This document shows positions 28,180 through 38,220 of a DNA stretch of 64,000 nucleotides, piece after piece. This DNA is from Peptostreptococcaceae bacterium. Its GTDB lineage: Bacteria; Bacillota; Clostridia; Peptostreptococcales; Anaerovoracaceae. The position numbers were made by a program, and so were the translations under genes. Within the stretch, counting starts at the first letter, position 1; every line of letters starts with the position of its first letter. The stretch is taken from the NCBI GenBank assembly GCA_016650175.1, contig JAENWG010000002.1:8214-72213 (forward strand). Reading direction: 5' to 3'. The notes beneath the pieces were generated by a model, which searched no databases, was not told the origin of the DNA, and saw only the letters and a list, made by a program, of their open reading frames with translations.

Positions 28180-29277
28180 ATGAATAGACTTATTCAATCA
28201 CCAGGCAAATATATCCAGGGTCCAGGGGCTATAAAGCACCTACAGGAATATACTAAAGATTTCGGTAAAACATTTTTAGTACTAGCTACTGATACAGGGC
28301 TAGGAAGAATAAAAGGAAGTATCGAAGAAAGTTTTAAAGGAACAGACAGCACTGTTTATTACGAAGTATTTAACAGAGAATGTTCACAAAAAGAAATAGA
28401 TAGAATTTGTAAAATAATATTAGATAAGAAATGTGAATGTGTTATAGCCGTTGGTGGTGGTAAAACTGCCGATACTGGTAAAGCAGCTGCATATTATTCA
28501 AAAACTAACGTTGTAGTAGTTCCTACTATTGCGTCTACTGATGCTCCTTGTTCAGCACTTTCAGTAGTATATCAAGAAGATGGCGTATTTGAGAGCTATT
28601 TAGTTCTTCCACAAAATCCTTCTATTGTAGTTATGGATGAAGATATTATTGCTCAGTCACCAGTAAGATTATTGGTATCAGGCATGGGCGATGCACTTGC
28701 TACATTTGTTGAAGCAAAAGCAGCTAGACAAGCAGGCGCATTAAATATGGCTGGCTTCCACCCTGCTAATGCAGCTTATGAATTAGCACGTCTTTGTTAC
28801 AATACAATTATAACTGAAGGTTATAAAGCTATGATGGCATCAAAGAACCAAGTTAAGACAGCAGCTGTAGCTGACATTATCGAAGCTAATACTTATCTTT
28901 CAGGTATCGGTTTTGAAAGTGGTTGCCTTGCAGGAGCTCATGCTATCCATAATGGTCTTACAGTAATTCATGAATTGCACGACATGCAACATGGTGAAAA
29001 GGTTGCTTTTGGTACATTAACAGAACTTATTCTTGAAAATGCACCTGAAGAAGACATTCAAGAAGTACTTGCTTTTTGTACATCAGTTGGTTTACCAGTT
29101 TGCTTCGCAGATATGGGATATCCAAACTATGACAAGAAGAAAGTTATGGAAGCTGCAATTGCTTCATGTGCAGAAGGCGAATCTATCCATAATGAACCAT
29201 TTGAAGTTACACCAGCAGATGTATATGCAGCAATGATAACAGCAGATGCTATTGGTACCGCATATAAAGAAGCTTAA
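28180..29277 (+). CDS. gldA: Glycerol dehydrogenase (GldA family, Zn-dependent)
   Basis: Near-colinear with E. coli GldA from memory: IQSPGKYIQG, GGGKTADTGKA, PTIASTDAPCSALSV, GDALAT, NTYLSGIGFESGCLAGAHAIHNG, HGEKVAFG. The ATG at 28180 follows GGAGGT. Confidence 0.85.
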   Translation: MNRLIQSPGKYIQGPGAIKHLQEYTKDFGKTFLVLATDTGLGRIKGSIEESFKGTDSTVYYEVFNRECSQKEIDRICKIILDKKCECVIAVGGGKTADTGKAAAYYSKTNVVVVPTIASTDAPCSALSVVYQEDGVFESYLVLPQNPSIVVMDEDIIAQSPVRLLVSGMGDALATFVEAKAARQAGALNMAGFHPANAAYELARLCYNTIITEGYKAMMASKNQVKTAAVADIIEANTYLSGIGFESGCLAGAHAIHNGLTVIHELHDMQHGEKVAFGTLTELILENAPEEDIQEVLAFCTSVGLPVCFADMGYPNYDKKKVMEAAIASCAEGESIHNEPFEVTPADVYAAMITADAIGTAYKEA

Positions 29278-29343
29278 TTCATAATAATATGTAATTCAAG
29301 TAAATAAATTATTTGCTTTATATTATATATTTAAACCCTATAC

Positions 29344-29380
29344 ATGCTCCGAATGCAAAGACATTCGGAGCATTTGTTTT
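29344..29380 (+). terminator. Rho-independent terminator ending the pdu-gldA transcription unit
   Basis: ATGCTCCGAATG-CAAAGA-CATTCGGAGCAT (12-bp stem) followed by TTGTTTT. Confidence 0.7.
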
Positions 29381-29815
29381 ATGACATTATTTTGGTTTCA
29401 AAGCTCTTAGAAGTTATTTTTTTTACTTCATCGAAGTATTTGACCTTTTCTTTGATTGCGCTACGTTAAGAGCTAACTTGGGGCTTATTTGTACTACAGA
29501 AGGGTGTCTCTATAAAGCTATTTACTGCATAATTTTACCGCTGGCTCTGATCCACTTTATTTATAAAGTTTTCATATATTAATTATCGGAAGGTATTAAA
29601 AGTTTTTATTGTCTTTATAACATAAAAAATAATTTGATTAATGAATTTTTTAAAAAATCACCTAATATAATTCCAAAAATTTAAGGCAGTTAAATTTTTT
29701 ATATAAATACTTGCCTTTATCTATAAATGTATTATACTTTTTTTATAATTATTTAGGTATTCTCATAATAAATGGATTGTATATAGAATAGTTAGTATGG
29801 ATTTTGTGAAAACGG

Positions 29816-29843
29816 TTGAAATACAAAGGATTTTGTGTATAAT
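29816..29843 (+). promoter_or_regulatory. SigA-type promoter upstream of the DUF896 / nifS operon
   Basis: TTGAAA - 16 nt - TATAAT, about 28 nt upstream of the 29871 start. Confidence 0.4.
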
Positions 29844-29870
29844 ATATGTGTTAAATGATAAGGAGATAAT

Positions 29871-30038
29871 ATGAATAATTTAAAAATTAATAGAATAAAT
29901 GAACTGGCTAAAAAGAAAAAAGCAACAGGTCTTAATGCTGAAGAAACAGCTGAACAAGCTGTTTTAAGAGAAGAATACTTAAAGAGTATTAGAAAAAACT
30001 TAAAAGACCAGCTTAATAATATTGAAATAGTAGACTAA
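29871..30038 (+). CDS. DUF896 / UPF0291 (YnzC-like) small protein, 55 aa (below the ORF-track length cutoff)
   Basis: MNNLKINRINELAKKKKATGLNAEETAEQAVLREEYLKSIRKNLKDQLNNIEIVD. RBS AAGGAGA 6 nt upstream. The INELAKK...L...E..EQ..LR.EYL pattern is typical of the family. Confidence 0.6.
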   Translation: MNNLKINRINELAKKKKATGLNAEETAEQAVLREEYLKSIRKNLKDQLNNIEIVD

Positions 30039-30055
30039 ACAAGGAAGTGATGTAT

Positions 30056-31210
30056 ATGGAAAAAAGAAACGTTTATTTGGATTATTCAGCTACTACGCCG
30101 TTAAAAGACGAAGTTCTTGAAGCTATGATGCCATACCTTAAAGAAAAATACGGGAATCCTTCCAGTATTTATTCTAAGGGCATCGAAAACAAAGAAGCCA
30201 TAAAAACTTCTAGATTACAAATTTCAAAATTGATTAATTCTGAAAAAGATGAAATATATTTTACTGGCTCTGGCAGTGAATCTGATAATTGGGCCATATT
30301 TGGAACTGCTAGTTCTTTAAGATGTAAGCATATAATTACTAGTAATATAGAACATCACGCAGTATTAAATAGCTTAGAACACTTAGAAAGTCAAGGTTAT
30401 GAAGTGACTTATCTAAAAGTAAATGAACAAGGTCTTATCAATCCTGATGATTTAGAAAAAGCTATTAAAGATGATACAATTTTAGTAACTATTATGATGG
30501 CTAATAACGAAATTGGTACTATTCAGCCTATAAAAAAATTAGCCAGAATTGCTCATGACAAGGGAGTGCTTTTTCACTGTGACGCTGTTCAAGCTCTAGG
30601 AAATATTCCTATAGATGTAAATAAATTAGGGGTTGATATGATGTCATTTTCAGCTCATAAACTATATGGACCTAAAGGAATAGGTGCTCTTTTTATTAAA
30701 GATGGTGTGGAAATTGATAATTTAATATATGGCGGAGCTCAAGAAAACGGCAAAAGGGCAGGGACAGAAAACGTTCCATCTATTGTTGGCTTTGGAAAGG
30801 CCTCAGCGCTCGCTCTAAGCGGTTTAACCGAACATATTGCACATTGCCTAGAACTCAGGAATTACTTCGCTGACAGGCTATTTGAAGATGTATTTGATAC
30901 ACATGTAAATGGTACTATGCTTGACAGACTACCGGGCAACTTAAATATATCCTTTGATTTTATAGAAGGAGAGGCTATACTCATGATGTTAGATTATATG
31001 GGGATTTCAGTATCAACTGGTTCTGCGTGCAGCTCATCTAGCGGTTCGCCTTCTCATGTTTTATCTGCTATAGGGGTTCCAGAATCGAGAACATATGGTA
31101 CAATTAGGTTCTCAATAGGTGATTTTACAACTAAAGAAGATATAGATTATGTAATAGATGCTATTAAAGACATTACTAAAAAATTAAAGGAGCTATCTCC
31201 TTTTAAATAG
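30056..31210 (+). CDS. nifS: Cysteine desulfurase (NifS/IscS class)
   Basis: YLDYSATTP, SAHKLYGPKG (PLP Lys) and SACSS catalytic loop. The ATG at 30056 follows AAGGAAG. Confidence 0.85.
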   Translation: MEKRNVYLDYSATTPLKDEVLEAMMPYLKEKYGNPSSIYSKGIENKEAIKTSRLQISKLINSEKDEIYFTGSGSESDNWAIFGTASSLRCKHIITSNIEHHAVLNSLEHLESQGYEVTYLKVNEQGLINPDDLEKAIKDDTILVTIMMANNEIGTIQPIKKLARIAHDKGVLFHCDAVQALGNIPIDVNKLGVDMMSFSAHKLYGPKGIGALFIKDGVEIDNLIYGGAQENGKRAGTENVPSIVGFGKASALALSGLTEHIAHCLELRNYFADRLFEDVFDTHVNGTMLDRLPGNLNISFDFIEGEAILMMLDYMGISVSTGSACSSSSGSPSHVLSAIGVPESRTYGTIRFSIGDFTTKEDIDYVIDAIKDITKKLKELSPFK

Positions 31211-31229
31211 AAAAGAGGAACAATATATT

Positions 31230-31691
31230 ATGAATATGTATAACGATACAGTAATGGATCATTTTATGAATCCAAGAAATGTTGGAGAGATGGAAGATCC
31301 TGACGGTATAGGAATATATGGTAGTCCGACATGTGGAGATTTAATGCAAATTCACTTGAAAATAGAGGATGAGGTCATTACTGATGCAAAATTCAAAGCT
31401 TATGGGTGTGGTTCTGCTATAGCATCATCTAGTATGGCTACAACTATCATAATTGGGCTTAGTGTAGAAGACGCATTAAAACTTACAAACGGTGAAATAG
31501 TCGATAAACTTGAAGGTTTACCTGAAGCAAAGATTCATTGCTCTGTTTTAGCTGATATGGCTATTAAAAAGGCAATATTTGATTATGCCGAAACCAATAA
31601 CAAGCATTACAAAGCATTAGAAGGGTTTGACCCTTATGAAATGGTTCAAGAAGAACACGTATGTATATGCGGTAAAGACGAGGAAAAATAA
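31230..31691 (+). CDS. nifU: Fe-S cluster scaffold NifU/IscU
   Basis: NPRNVGE...G.PTCGD...AYGCGSAIASSS...KIHCS motifs. Confidence 0.85.
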   Translation: MNMYNDTVMDHFMNPRNVGEMEDPDGIGIYGSPTCGDLMQIHLKIEDEVITDAKFKAYGCGSAIASSSMATTIIIGLSVEDALKLTNGEIVDKLEGLPEAKIHCSVLADMAIKKAIFDYAETNNKHYKALEGFDPYEMVQEEHVCICGKDEEK

Positions 31692-32740
31692 TGGAAACAT
31701 TAAATGATAACAAAGTAGTGATTGGATTAAGCGGCGGAGTTGATAGTGCAACCGCTGCTTTATTATTATTAAACAAAGGCTACGATGTTCATGCACTTTA
31801 TCTTATAGTAAAGAAAAATGATACCGAACATGAAGAAGCTAATAAAATAGCAGAAAAACTTGGTATTTGTATTAAAGTATTAGATGTATCTGATGATTTT
31901 GATGAAAAGGTTATTAAATACTTCATAGATAGACATAATGAAGGAATGGTGCCATCACCTTGTATTGTATGTAACAGAGAAATCAAATTTAAATACCTAT
32001 TAGATGAAGCTAACAAAATAGGAGCTAAATATATAGCAACAGGTCATTATGCTCAAATAATTGAACTAGATGGTAAAAAATATGTAGGAATGTCTAAAAA
32101 CCGACACAAAGATCAGTCATATATGCTTGCAAATTTAACAGTTGAACAAGTTAATAGGCTTATTCTTCCTTTAGAGAAATTTTCAGATAAGGAATCCATA
32201 AGAGAAATTGCTAAAGATATTGACCGCGACGTTTCAAATAAAAGAGACAGCCAAGAACTTTGCTTTGTAAGCCCTGATATTACTCACATAGACTATTTAA
32301 AAACTAGGGGAGTAGATATTAAAAGCGGAAAATATGTTGATAAAAACGGCAATGTGCTTGGTAGCAATCCAGGCTATCAAAGCTATACAATTGGTCAAAG
32401 AAAAAGATTGAACATTGCTCTTGGGAAAAGAATGTTCGTAACAAAGATTGATTCTAGTAAAAACGAGGTTACGTTAGGTACCAATGATGAACTTTTTATA
32501 AAAAAGGCTTTTACTAGACATAATAATATTATCGTTAACCATGGTGAATTTGACGTAAAAATCAGATCTTCTAGTGGCACAGTAAAAGGCAAAATCGTAA
32601 ACTACAGTAAAGAAAATGATTTACTCGAAATAGAATTCAGCGAGCCTGTAAGAGCAGTTACTCCCGGACAATTTCTAGTCATATATAAAGATGATGTAGT
32701 TATGGGAATAGGCGAAATATGTAATGACACCACTATCTAA
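31691..32740 (+). CDS. mnmA: tRNA 2-thiouridine(34) synthase MnmA
   Basis: GLSGGVDSA PP-loop, TGHYA, KDQSY. Confidence 0.9.
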   Translation: METLNDNKVVIGLSGGVDSATAALLLLNKGYDVHALYLIVKKNDTEHEEANKIAEKLGICIKVLDVSDDFDEKVIKYFIDRHNEGMVPSPCIVCNREIKFKYLLDEANKIGAKYIATGHYAQIIELDGKKYVGMSKNRHKDQSYMLANLTVEQVNRLILPLEKFSDKESIREIAKDIDRDVSNKRDSQELCFVSPDITHIDYLKTRGVDIKSGKYVDKNGNVLGSNPGYQSYTIGQRKRLNIALGKRMFVTKIDSSKNEVTLGTNDELFIKKAFTRHNNIIVNHGEFDVKIRSSSGTVKGKIVNYSKENDLLEIEFSEPVRAVTPGQFLVIYKDDVVMGIGEICNDTTI

Positions 32741-32784
32741 ATATGGTATAATAAATAGTAATATTATCACGAGAGGAAACAAAG

Positions 32785-35376
32785 ATGGACAAATTAGGTT
32801 TAAACGAAATTAGAAAACTTTTCATTGATTTTTTCGAAGAAAAAGGACATTATGTGGCGAAAAGCGCTTCATTAATTCCTAGAAATGATAATAGTTTGCT
32901 TATTATAAATTCAGGAATGGCACCACTAAAGCCATATTTCTCAGGTGTTGAAACTCCACCTGCAAAACGTATGACAACTTGTCAAAAATGTATAAGAACA
33001 GGCGATATAGAAAACGTAGGTGTTACTTCTAGACATGCTACATTCTTTGAAATGCTTGGTAACTTTAGTTTTGGTGACTATTTTAAAGAAGAATCATTAA
33101 ACTGGGGCTGGGAATTTATGACAGATTATCTCCATATGCCTACAGAAAAGATATGGGCTACAGTATATGAAGAAGACGACGAAGCTTATGAAATATGGAA
33201 AAAGATAGGTCTACCTGAAGAAAGAATTGTAAGGCTTGGTAAAAAGGATAACTTTTGGGAAATCGGATTAGGACCATGTGGCCCTTGTTCTGAATTGTTC
33301 TTTGACAGAGGCGAAAAATATGGTTGTGGCAAAGAAGACTGCGCACCTGGTTGTTCTTGTGACAGATATATAGAATTTTGGAATCATGTATTTACACAAT
33401 TTTCAAGAGAAGAAGACGGAAGTTATACTGATTTAGCAAATCCGAATATCGATACAGGTATGGGTCTTGAGAGATTAGCATGTATTATGCAAAACGTTGA
33501 CTCAATATTTGATGTTGATACTATTAAATACATATTAAATGGTGTTACCACTCTTGCTAACGTAGAATATAAAGATGGCGAAGCTGAAACTGATATGAGC
33601 ATAAGAATCATAACTGATCACATAAGATCTATGGTATTTATGATTAGCGACGGAATACTTCCTGGTAATGAAGGCCGAGGTTACGTTTTAAGAAGAATAA
33701 TTAGGCGTGCTGCAAGGCACGGTAAGATGCTTGGAATTGAAGCTGGGTTTTTAACTAATTTAAGTGAACTTGTAATTGAAGTATCAGGCGAAGCTTATCC
33801 TGAACTTATCGAAAAAAACGATTTCATTAAAAAAATCATATCAGTTGAAGAAAATAAATTTTCTCAGACTTTAGACCAAGGCATGCTTAAACTTAAGACA
33901 TACATAGACGAAATGAATGAAGAAAACACCCATAGGTTAGACGGAGATTTAGCTTTTAAATTATACGATACTTATGGTTTTCCCCTTGAGCTTACTGAGG
34001 AAATATTAGCAGAACATAACAAAGCTATTGATTTAACAGGTTTTAAAGAAAACATGCAACAACAGCGTGAAATGGCAAGAAGCGGTAGAAAATGTACAGA
34101 GGAAGAAGCTTGGAAGGATGTAAGCGATTACAGTAACCTTCCTGCAACTAAATTTATAGGATATGATAATTTAATATCCGAATCTAAAGTAATCTATACC
34201 GATTCTAGCAGTTGCGATAAAATGCTGATAGCTCTTGATAAAACACCATTTTATGCTACAAGCGGCGGACAAATTAATGATATGGGTAAGTTATATAACG
34301 AAAACTTTACATGTGATGTTGTTGACGTAGTAAAAGAAAACAAGGTTTTTCTTCATATAACAGAAAACGTAGTTGGTAATCTTAGTGTTGGTGATGTTAT
34401 AAATGCCGAAGTAAATCCGATAGTTAGAAATAATACTTCTAGAAATCATAGTGCTACTCATTTACTTCAAAAAGCTCTTCAGGAAATCGTTGGAGAACAC
34501 GTACATCAAGCAGGTTCATTGGTTGCTAATAATTATTTAAGATTCGATTTTAATCACTTTGAAGCAGTTTCAAAAGATGATTTAAAAAAGGTTGAAAACA
34601 GAGTAAACGAAATGATTAATACATTTTTACCTGTCACTATTGAAGAAATGCCTATAGCTAAAGCTAAAAAATTAGGCGCTATGGCGTTATTCGGTGAAAA
34701 GTACGGTAAGACTGTAAGAGTTATTAAAATGGGAGACTTCAGCATAGAATTATGTGGTGGTACTCATGTCAAAAATACAGGATTTATTGGAAGCTTTAAA
34801 ATATTAAGTGAATCCGGAGTCGCATCAGGTGTAAGAAGAATAGAAGCAGTTACAGGTAAGGAAGTTCTTACTACTTTAAATAAATATGAAGATATGTTAA
34901 ATGAACTGTCTACTCATATGAAAACTACAACATTTGGTATTTCTGAAAGACTTCTTAGTATACTTGACGAAAATAAGGAACTTAAAAAAGCTGTAAAGGA
35001 ATTTAAAAACATTACTATGAACGATGCTACGGCAGGCTTATTAGAAGATGTTAGAGAAATTAAGGGCATAAAGCTCTTAACCAAGAGTTTTAAAGATACT
35101 GATATTAATCAGCTACGAACGCTGACTGATGATATAAATGCAGAAAACAAAGGAATAATTATGGTATTTGCATCAGAGACTAACGGTAAGGTTATGTTTA
35201 TCGTTTCTGTTTCTGATGATTTAGTAGAAAAAGGTTATCATGCAGGAAAGATGATTAAAACTATTGCAAGTGTTGCAGGCGGTGGTGGCGGTGGTAAAGC
35301 TAACATGGCACAAGCAGGCGCAAAGGACCCATCTAAAATTGCTGATGCTTTGGGTATTGCAGAAACTCTAATATAA
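32785..35376 (+). CDS. alaS: Alanine--tRNA ligase
   Basis: 863 aa. FEMLGNFSFGDYFK. Editing-domain HSATHLL / CGGTHV. C-terminal GGGGGK. Confidence 0.95.
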   Translation: MDKLGLNEIRKLFIDFFEEKGHYVAKSASLIPRNDNSLLIINSGMAPLKPYFSGVETPPAKRMTTCQKCIRTGDIENVGVTSRHATFFEMLGNFSFGDYFKEESLNWGWEFMTDYLHMPTEKIWATVYEEDDEAYEIWKKIGLPEERIVRLGKKDNFWEIGLGPCGPCSELFFDRGEKYGCGKEDCAPGCSCDRYIEFWNHVFTQFSREEDGSYTDLANPNIDTGMGLERLACIMQNVDSIFDVDTIKYILNGVTTLANVEYKDGEAETDMSIRIITDHIRSMVFMISDGILPGNEGRGYVLRRIIRRAARHGKMLGIEAGFLTNLSELVIEVSGEAYPELIEKNDFIKKIISVEENKFSQTLDQGMLKLKTYIDEMNEENTHRLDGDLAFKLYDTYGFPLELTEEILAEHNKAIDLTGFKENMQQQREMARSGRKCTEEEAWKDVSDYSNLPATKFIGYDNLISESKVIYTDSSSCDKMLIALDKTPFYATSGGQINDMGKLYNENFTCDVVDVVKENKVFLHITENVVGNLSVGDVINAEVNPIVRNNTSRNHSATHLLQKALQEIVGEHVHQAGSLVANNYLRFDFNHFEAVSKDDLKKVENRVNEMINTFLPVTIEEMPIAKAKKLGAMALFGEKYGKTVRVIKMGDFSIELCGGTHVKNTGFIGSFKILSESGVASGVRRIEAVTGKEVLTTLNKYEDMLNELSTHMKTTTFGISERLLSILDENKELKKAVKEFKNITMNDATAGLLEDVREIKGIKLLTKSFKDTDINQLRTLTDDINAENKGIIMVFASETNGKVMFIVSVSDDLVEKGYHAGKMIKTIASVAGGGGGGKANMAQAGAKDPSKIADALGIAETLI

Positions 35377-35386
35377 GGAGGCTATT

Positions 35387-35632
35387 ATGAAAAGAGACAC
35401 ATTAATGTTTACGACTGAAAAAACAGAAGACAGATCAAAAAAAGAAATACTTACCGAAATTTATACTGCTCTTGAAGAAAGAGGATATAACGCTATAGAT
35501 CAGATGGTAGGTTACCTAACTTCCGGAGACCCTTCATATATTACTAGTCATAATAATGCTAGAAATATGATAACAAAAATGGACAGAGATGATTTATTGG
35601 AAGAAGTTATTAAAGCTTATCTAGGTAAATAA
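35387..35632 (+). CDS. ireB: IreB family (UPF0297/DUF965) regulatory phosphoprotein
   Basis: 81 aa. GYN.IDQ.VGYL.SGDP.YIT motif. Conserved alaS-ireB-ruvX order. Confidence 0.7.
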   Translation: MKRDTLMFTTEKTEDRSKKEILTEIYTALEERGYNAIDQMVGYLTSGDPSYITSHNNARNMITKMDRDDLLEEVIKAYLGK

Positions 35633-35633
35633 T

Positions 35634-36068
35634 ATGCGCATATTAGCACTTGATGTGGGTACTAAAACAATTGGCGTTGCAGTAAGTGATCCTTTAGGCA
35701 TAACTGCTCAAGGCATAACTACCATCGAAAGAATTGGTATTAAAAAAGATACTAATAAGGTTGTAGATTTTGTTAAGGAATACGACTGTAGCGAGGTTGT
35801 ATTAGGTTTACCTATTAATTTAGATGGCTCTGATAGCATACAAACTGAAAAAGTTTATGAATTCAGAACCAAACTAGAAAACAAATTTCGTAGCACTGGG
35901 CTAGTAAATGTTAAAATTGAATGGCAAGATGAAAGATTTACTACTGTTATAGCTGAACGGGTATTGATTGAAGCTGATGTAAGTAGAAAAAATCGCAAAA
36001 AAGTCATTGATAAACAAGCAGCCGTTATTATTTTACAAAGTTATTTAGATAGGATGTCAAATGTATAA
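35634..36068 (+). CDS. ruvX: Holliday junction resolvase-like RuvX/YqgF
   Basis: ILALDVGTKTIGVAVSD, VLGLP.NLDGS, DERFTT. Confidence 0.85.
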   Translation: MRILALDVGTKTIGVAVSDPLGITAQGITTIERIGIKKDTNKVVDFVKEYDCSEVVLGLPINLDGSDSIQTEKVYEFRTKLENKFRSTGLVNVKIEWQDERFTTVIAERVLIEADVSRKNRKKVIDKQAAVIILQSYLDRMSNV

Positions 36069-36771
36069 AGTAAACAAATTGGGATTTTTGAAGGAAAACA
36101 GTTATTGGGGTAGAGGCATAATCATAGGCAAAAATAGTCATAGTGCTGTAGTTGCCTATTTTATTATGGGTAGAAGTGAAAATAGTAGAAACAGATATTT
36201 CTATGAGAAAGATGATAATATTGCTATAGCACCTTTTGAATTAAAGAAGGAATTCGATCCTAGCTTAGTTGTATATTATCCTGTTAAAACATTTAATAAT
36301 AGCTTAATTGTAACGAACGGTGATCAAACTGACACGATACATGAGTTTTTATCAAATAATAGGTCATTTGAAGATGCTCTTAGAACTAGGAAATTCGAAC
36401 CAGATGCTCCGAATTTTACTCCTAGAATAAGTGGCATATTAAATTTCACTGCTTCTGATTTAGAATATAAGATGAGCATACTAAAAAGTAGCAATTCTGA
36501 AGGGGAAGCATGTAATAGACAATTCTTTGAATACTGTGCCAAAGAAGGAGAGGGTCACTTCATTCATACATATATGAAAAATGACAATCCGCTACCTTCA
36601 TTTGAAGGAGAACCTAAGACAGTTGAAATATTAGATGATTTTAATGAGTTTGGAAACACAATTTGGAAAAATCTAGATGAAGATAATAAGATATCTCTTA
36701 TGGTTAGATTTATCAATTTAAATACTGGTGATACTAAAACCAGAATATATAACAAAAGGAAGGGCGACTAA
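36061..36771 (+). CDS. PurO-type (archaeal-like) IMP cyclohydrolase family protein
   Basis: N-terminus YWGRGIIIGKNSHSAVVAYFIMGRSENSRNR resembles the PurO pattern (GR..A.G....G...AYR.SSRSFPNR). Sits between ruvX and purB. Confidence 0.6.
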   Translation: MYKVNKLGFLKENSYWGRGIIIGKNSHSAVVAYFIMGRSENSRNRYFYEKDDNIAIAPFELKKEFDPSLVVYYPVKTFNNSLIVTNGDQTDTIHEFLSNNRSFEDALRTRKFEPDAPNFTPRISGILNFTASDLEYKMSILKSSNSEGEACNRQFFEYCAKEGEGHFIHTYMKNDNPLPSFEGEPKTVEILDDFNEFGNTIWKNLDEDNKISLMVRFINLNTGDTKTRIYNKRKGD

Positions 36772-38207
36772 TGGATAATACACTACTTTATATGTCTCCA
36801 TTTTCTACTCGCTATGCTGGCGAGGATATGAAGTATATCTTTTCAGAGACAAAAAAATTCACAACATGGCATGAGCTTTGGATAGCTCTTGCAAAAGCTG
36901 AGCACGAACTTGGTTTAAATGTTACAAAAGAGCAAATAGACGAACTCGTAGCAAATAAGGATATTATTGATTTTGATGTGGCTAAAGCCAGAGAAAAAGA
37001 AGTAAGACACGATGTTATGAGTCATATTTATGCATACGGTAAAAGATGTCCTAAAGCAGAGCCAATTATACATCTAGGAGCTACTTCTTGCTATGTAGGT
37101 GATAATACTGATGTTATTCTTATGAGAGAATCTCTTCAATTAGTACTAAAAAAATTGGTACAAGTTATGAAGAATCTTTCTTCTTTTTCTGAAGAATACA
37201 AGGAACTTCCTTGTTTAGGATATACTCATCTTCAACCCGCACAACTTACTACTGTAGGTAAAAGAGCTAGTTTATGGCTATATGAGCTATATATGGATGC
37301 TTTAGAAGTTGAAAGAAAAATAGATGAACTTATGCTTCTTGGTTCAAAAGGTACAACAGGTACTCAAGCTAGCTTTATGGAACTATTTGAAGGTGATGAA
37401 ACTAAAGTAAAAGAATTAGATAATATAATTGCAAGAGAAATGGGTTTTGATAATTGCGTTAAAGTATCAGGACAAACTTATTCAAGAAAAGTCGACAGCA
37501 TGGTTTTATCTATTCTGTCTGGTATTGCTCAAAGTGCTTCTAAGTTTTCTAATGATATGAGAATACTTCAATCATTTGGGGAAATGGAAGAGCCTTTTGA
37601 AAAAAGTCAAATAGGATCTTCAGCTATGCCATATAAAAGAAATCCTATGAGATCAGAACGAATTACTTCTATTTCAAGATATGTAATAGTTAATTCTTTA
37701 AATCCTTCAATAACAGCTGCTACCCAATGGTTTGAAAGATCTCTTGACGATTCTGCCAATAAAAGAGTCTCTGTTCCTGAAAGCTTTTTAGCAATTGACG
37801 GTATATTAAACCTATATATTAATATTACTTCTGATATGGTTGTATATCCTATGGTAATTAATTCAAGAATTATGGAAAAACTACCATTTATAGCTACTGA
37901 AAATATTATGATGGAAGCTGTTAAGCGTGGAGGAAATAGGCAAGAGCTACATGAACTTCTAAGAGTTCATTCTCATGCAGCTACTTTAAAGGTTAAAACT
38001 GAAGGCGCTCAAAATGATTTGATAGATAGATTAGCTAACGATAATAAGTTTATGTTAACCAAGGAAGAATTAATGTCTGAGCTAGATCCAATGATATATA
38101 TAGGCAGAAGTGCTTCTCAAGTTACCGAATTAATAGATGATTTAATCAAACCATTTGTAGCAAAATATGCTGAAAACAAAGAGTTGACAGCTGAAATTAA
38201 CGTTTAA
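36771..38207 (+). CDS. purB: Adenylosuccinate lyase
   Basis: 478 aa. GSSAMPYKRNP signature. Confidence 0.9.
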   Translation: MDNTLLYMSPFSTRYAGEDMKYIFSETKKFTTWHELWIALAKAEHELGLNVTKEQIDELVANKDIIDFDVAKAREKEVRHDVMSHIYAYGKRCPKAEPIIHLGATSCYVGDNTDVILMRESLQLVLKKLVQVMKNLSSFSEEYKELPCLGYTHLQPAQLTTVGKRASLWLYELYMDALEVERKIDELMLLGSKGTTGTQASFMELFEGDETKVKELDNIIAREMGFDNCVKVSGQTYSRKVDSMVLSILSGIAQSASKFSNDMRILQSFGEMEEPFEKSQIGSSAMPYKRNPMRSERITSISRYVIVNSLNPSITAATQWFERSLDDSANKRVSVPESFLAIDGILNLYINITSDMVVYPMVINSRIMEKLPFIATENIMMEAVKRGGNRQELHELLRVHSHAATLKVKTEGAQNDLIDRLANDNKFMLTKEELMSELDPMIYIGRSASQVTELIDDLIKPFVAKYAENKELTAEINV

Positions 38208-38220
38208 AGGAGTTAAAAAC

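Noticed and set aside
32741-32784. T-box leader expected upstream of alaS
   Set aside because: Only 44 nt separate mnmA and alaS, which is far too short for a T-box. alaS appears to be co-transcribed with nifS-nifU-mnmA.
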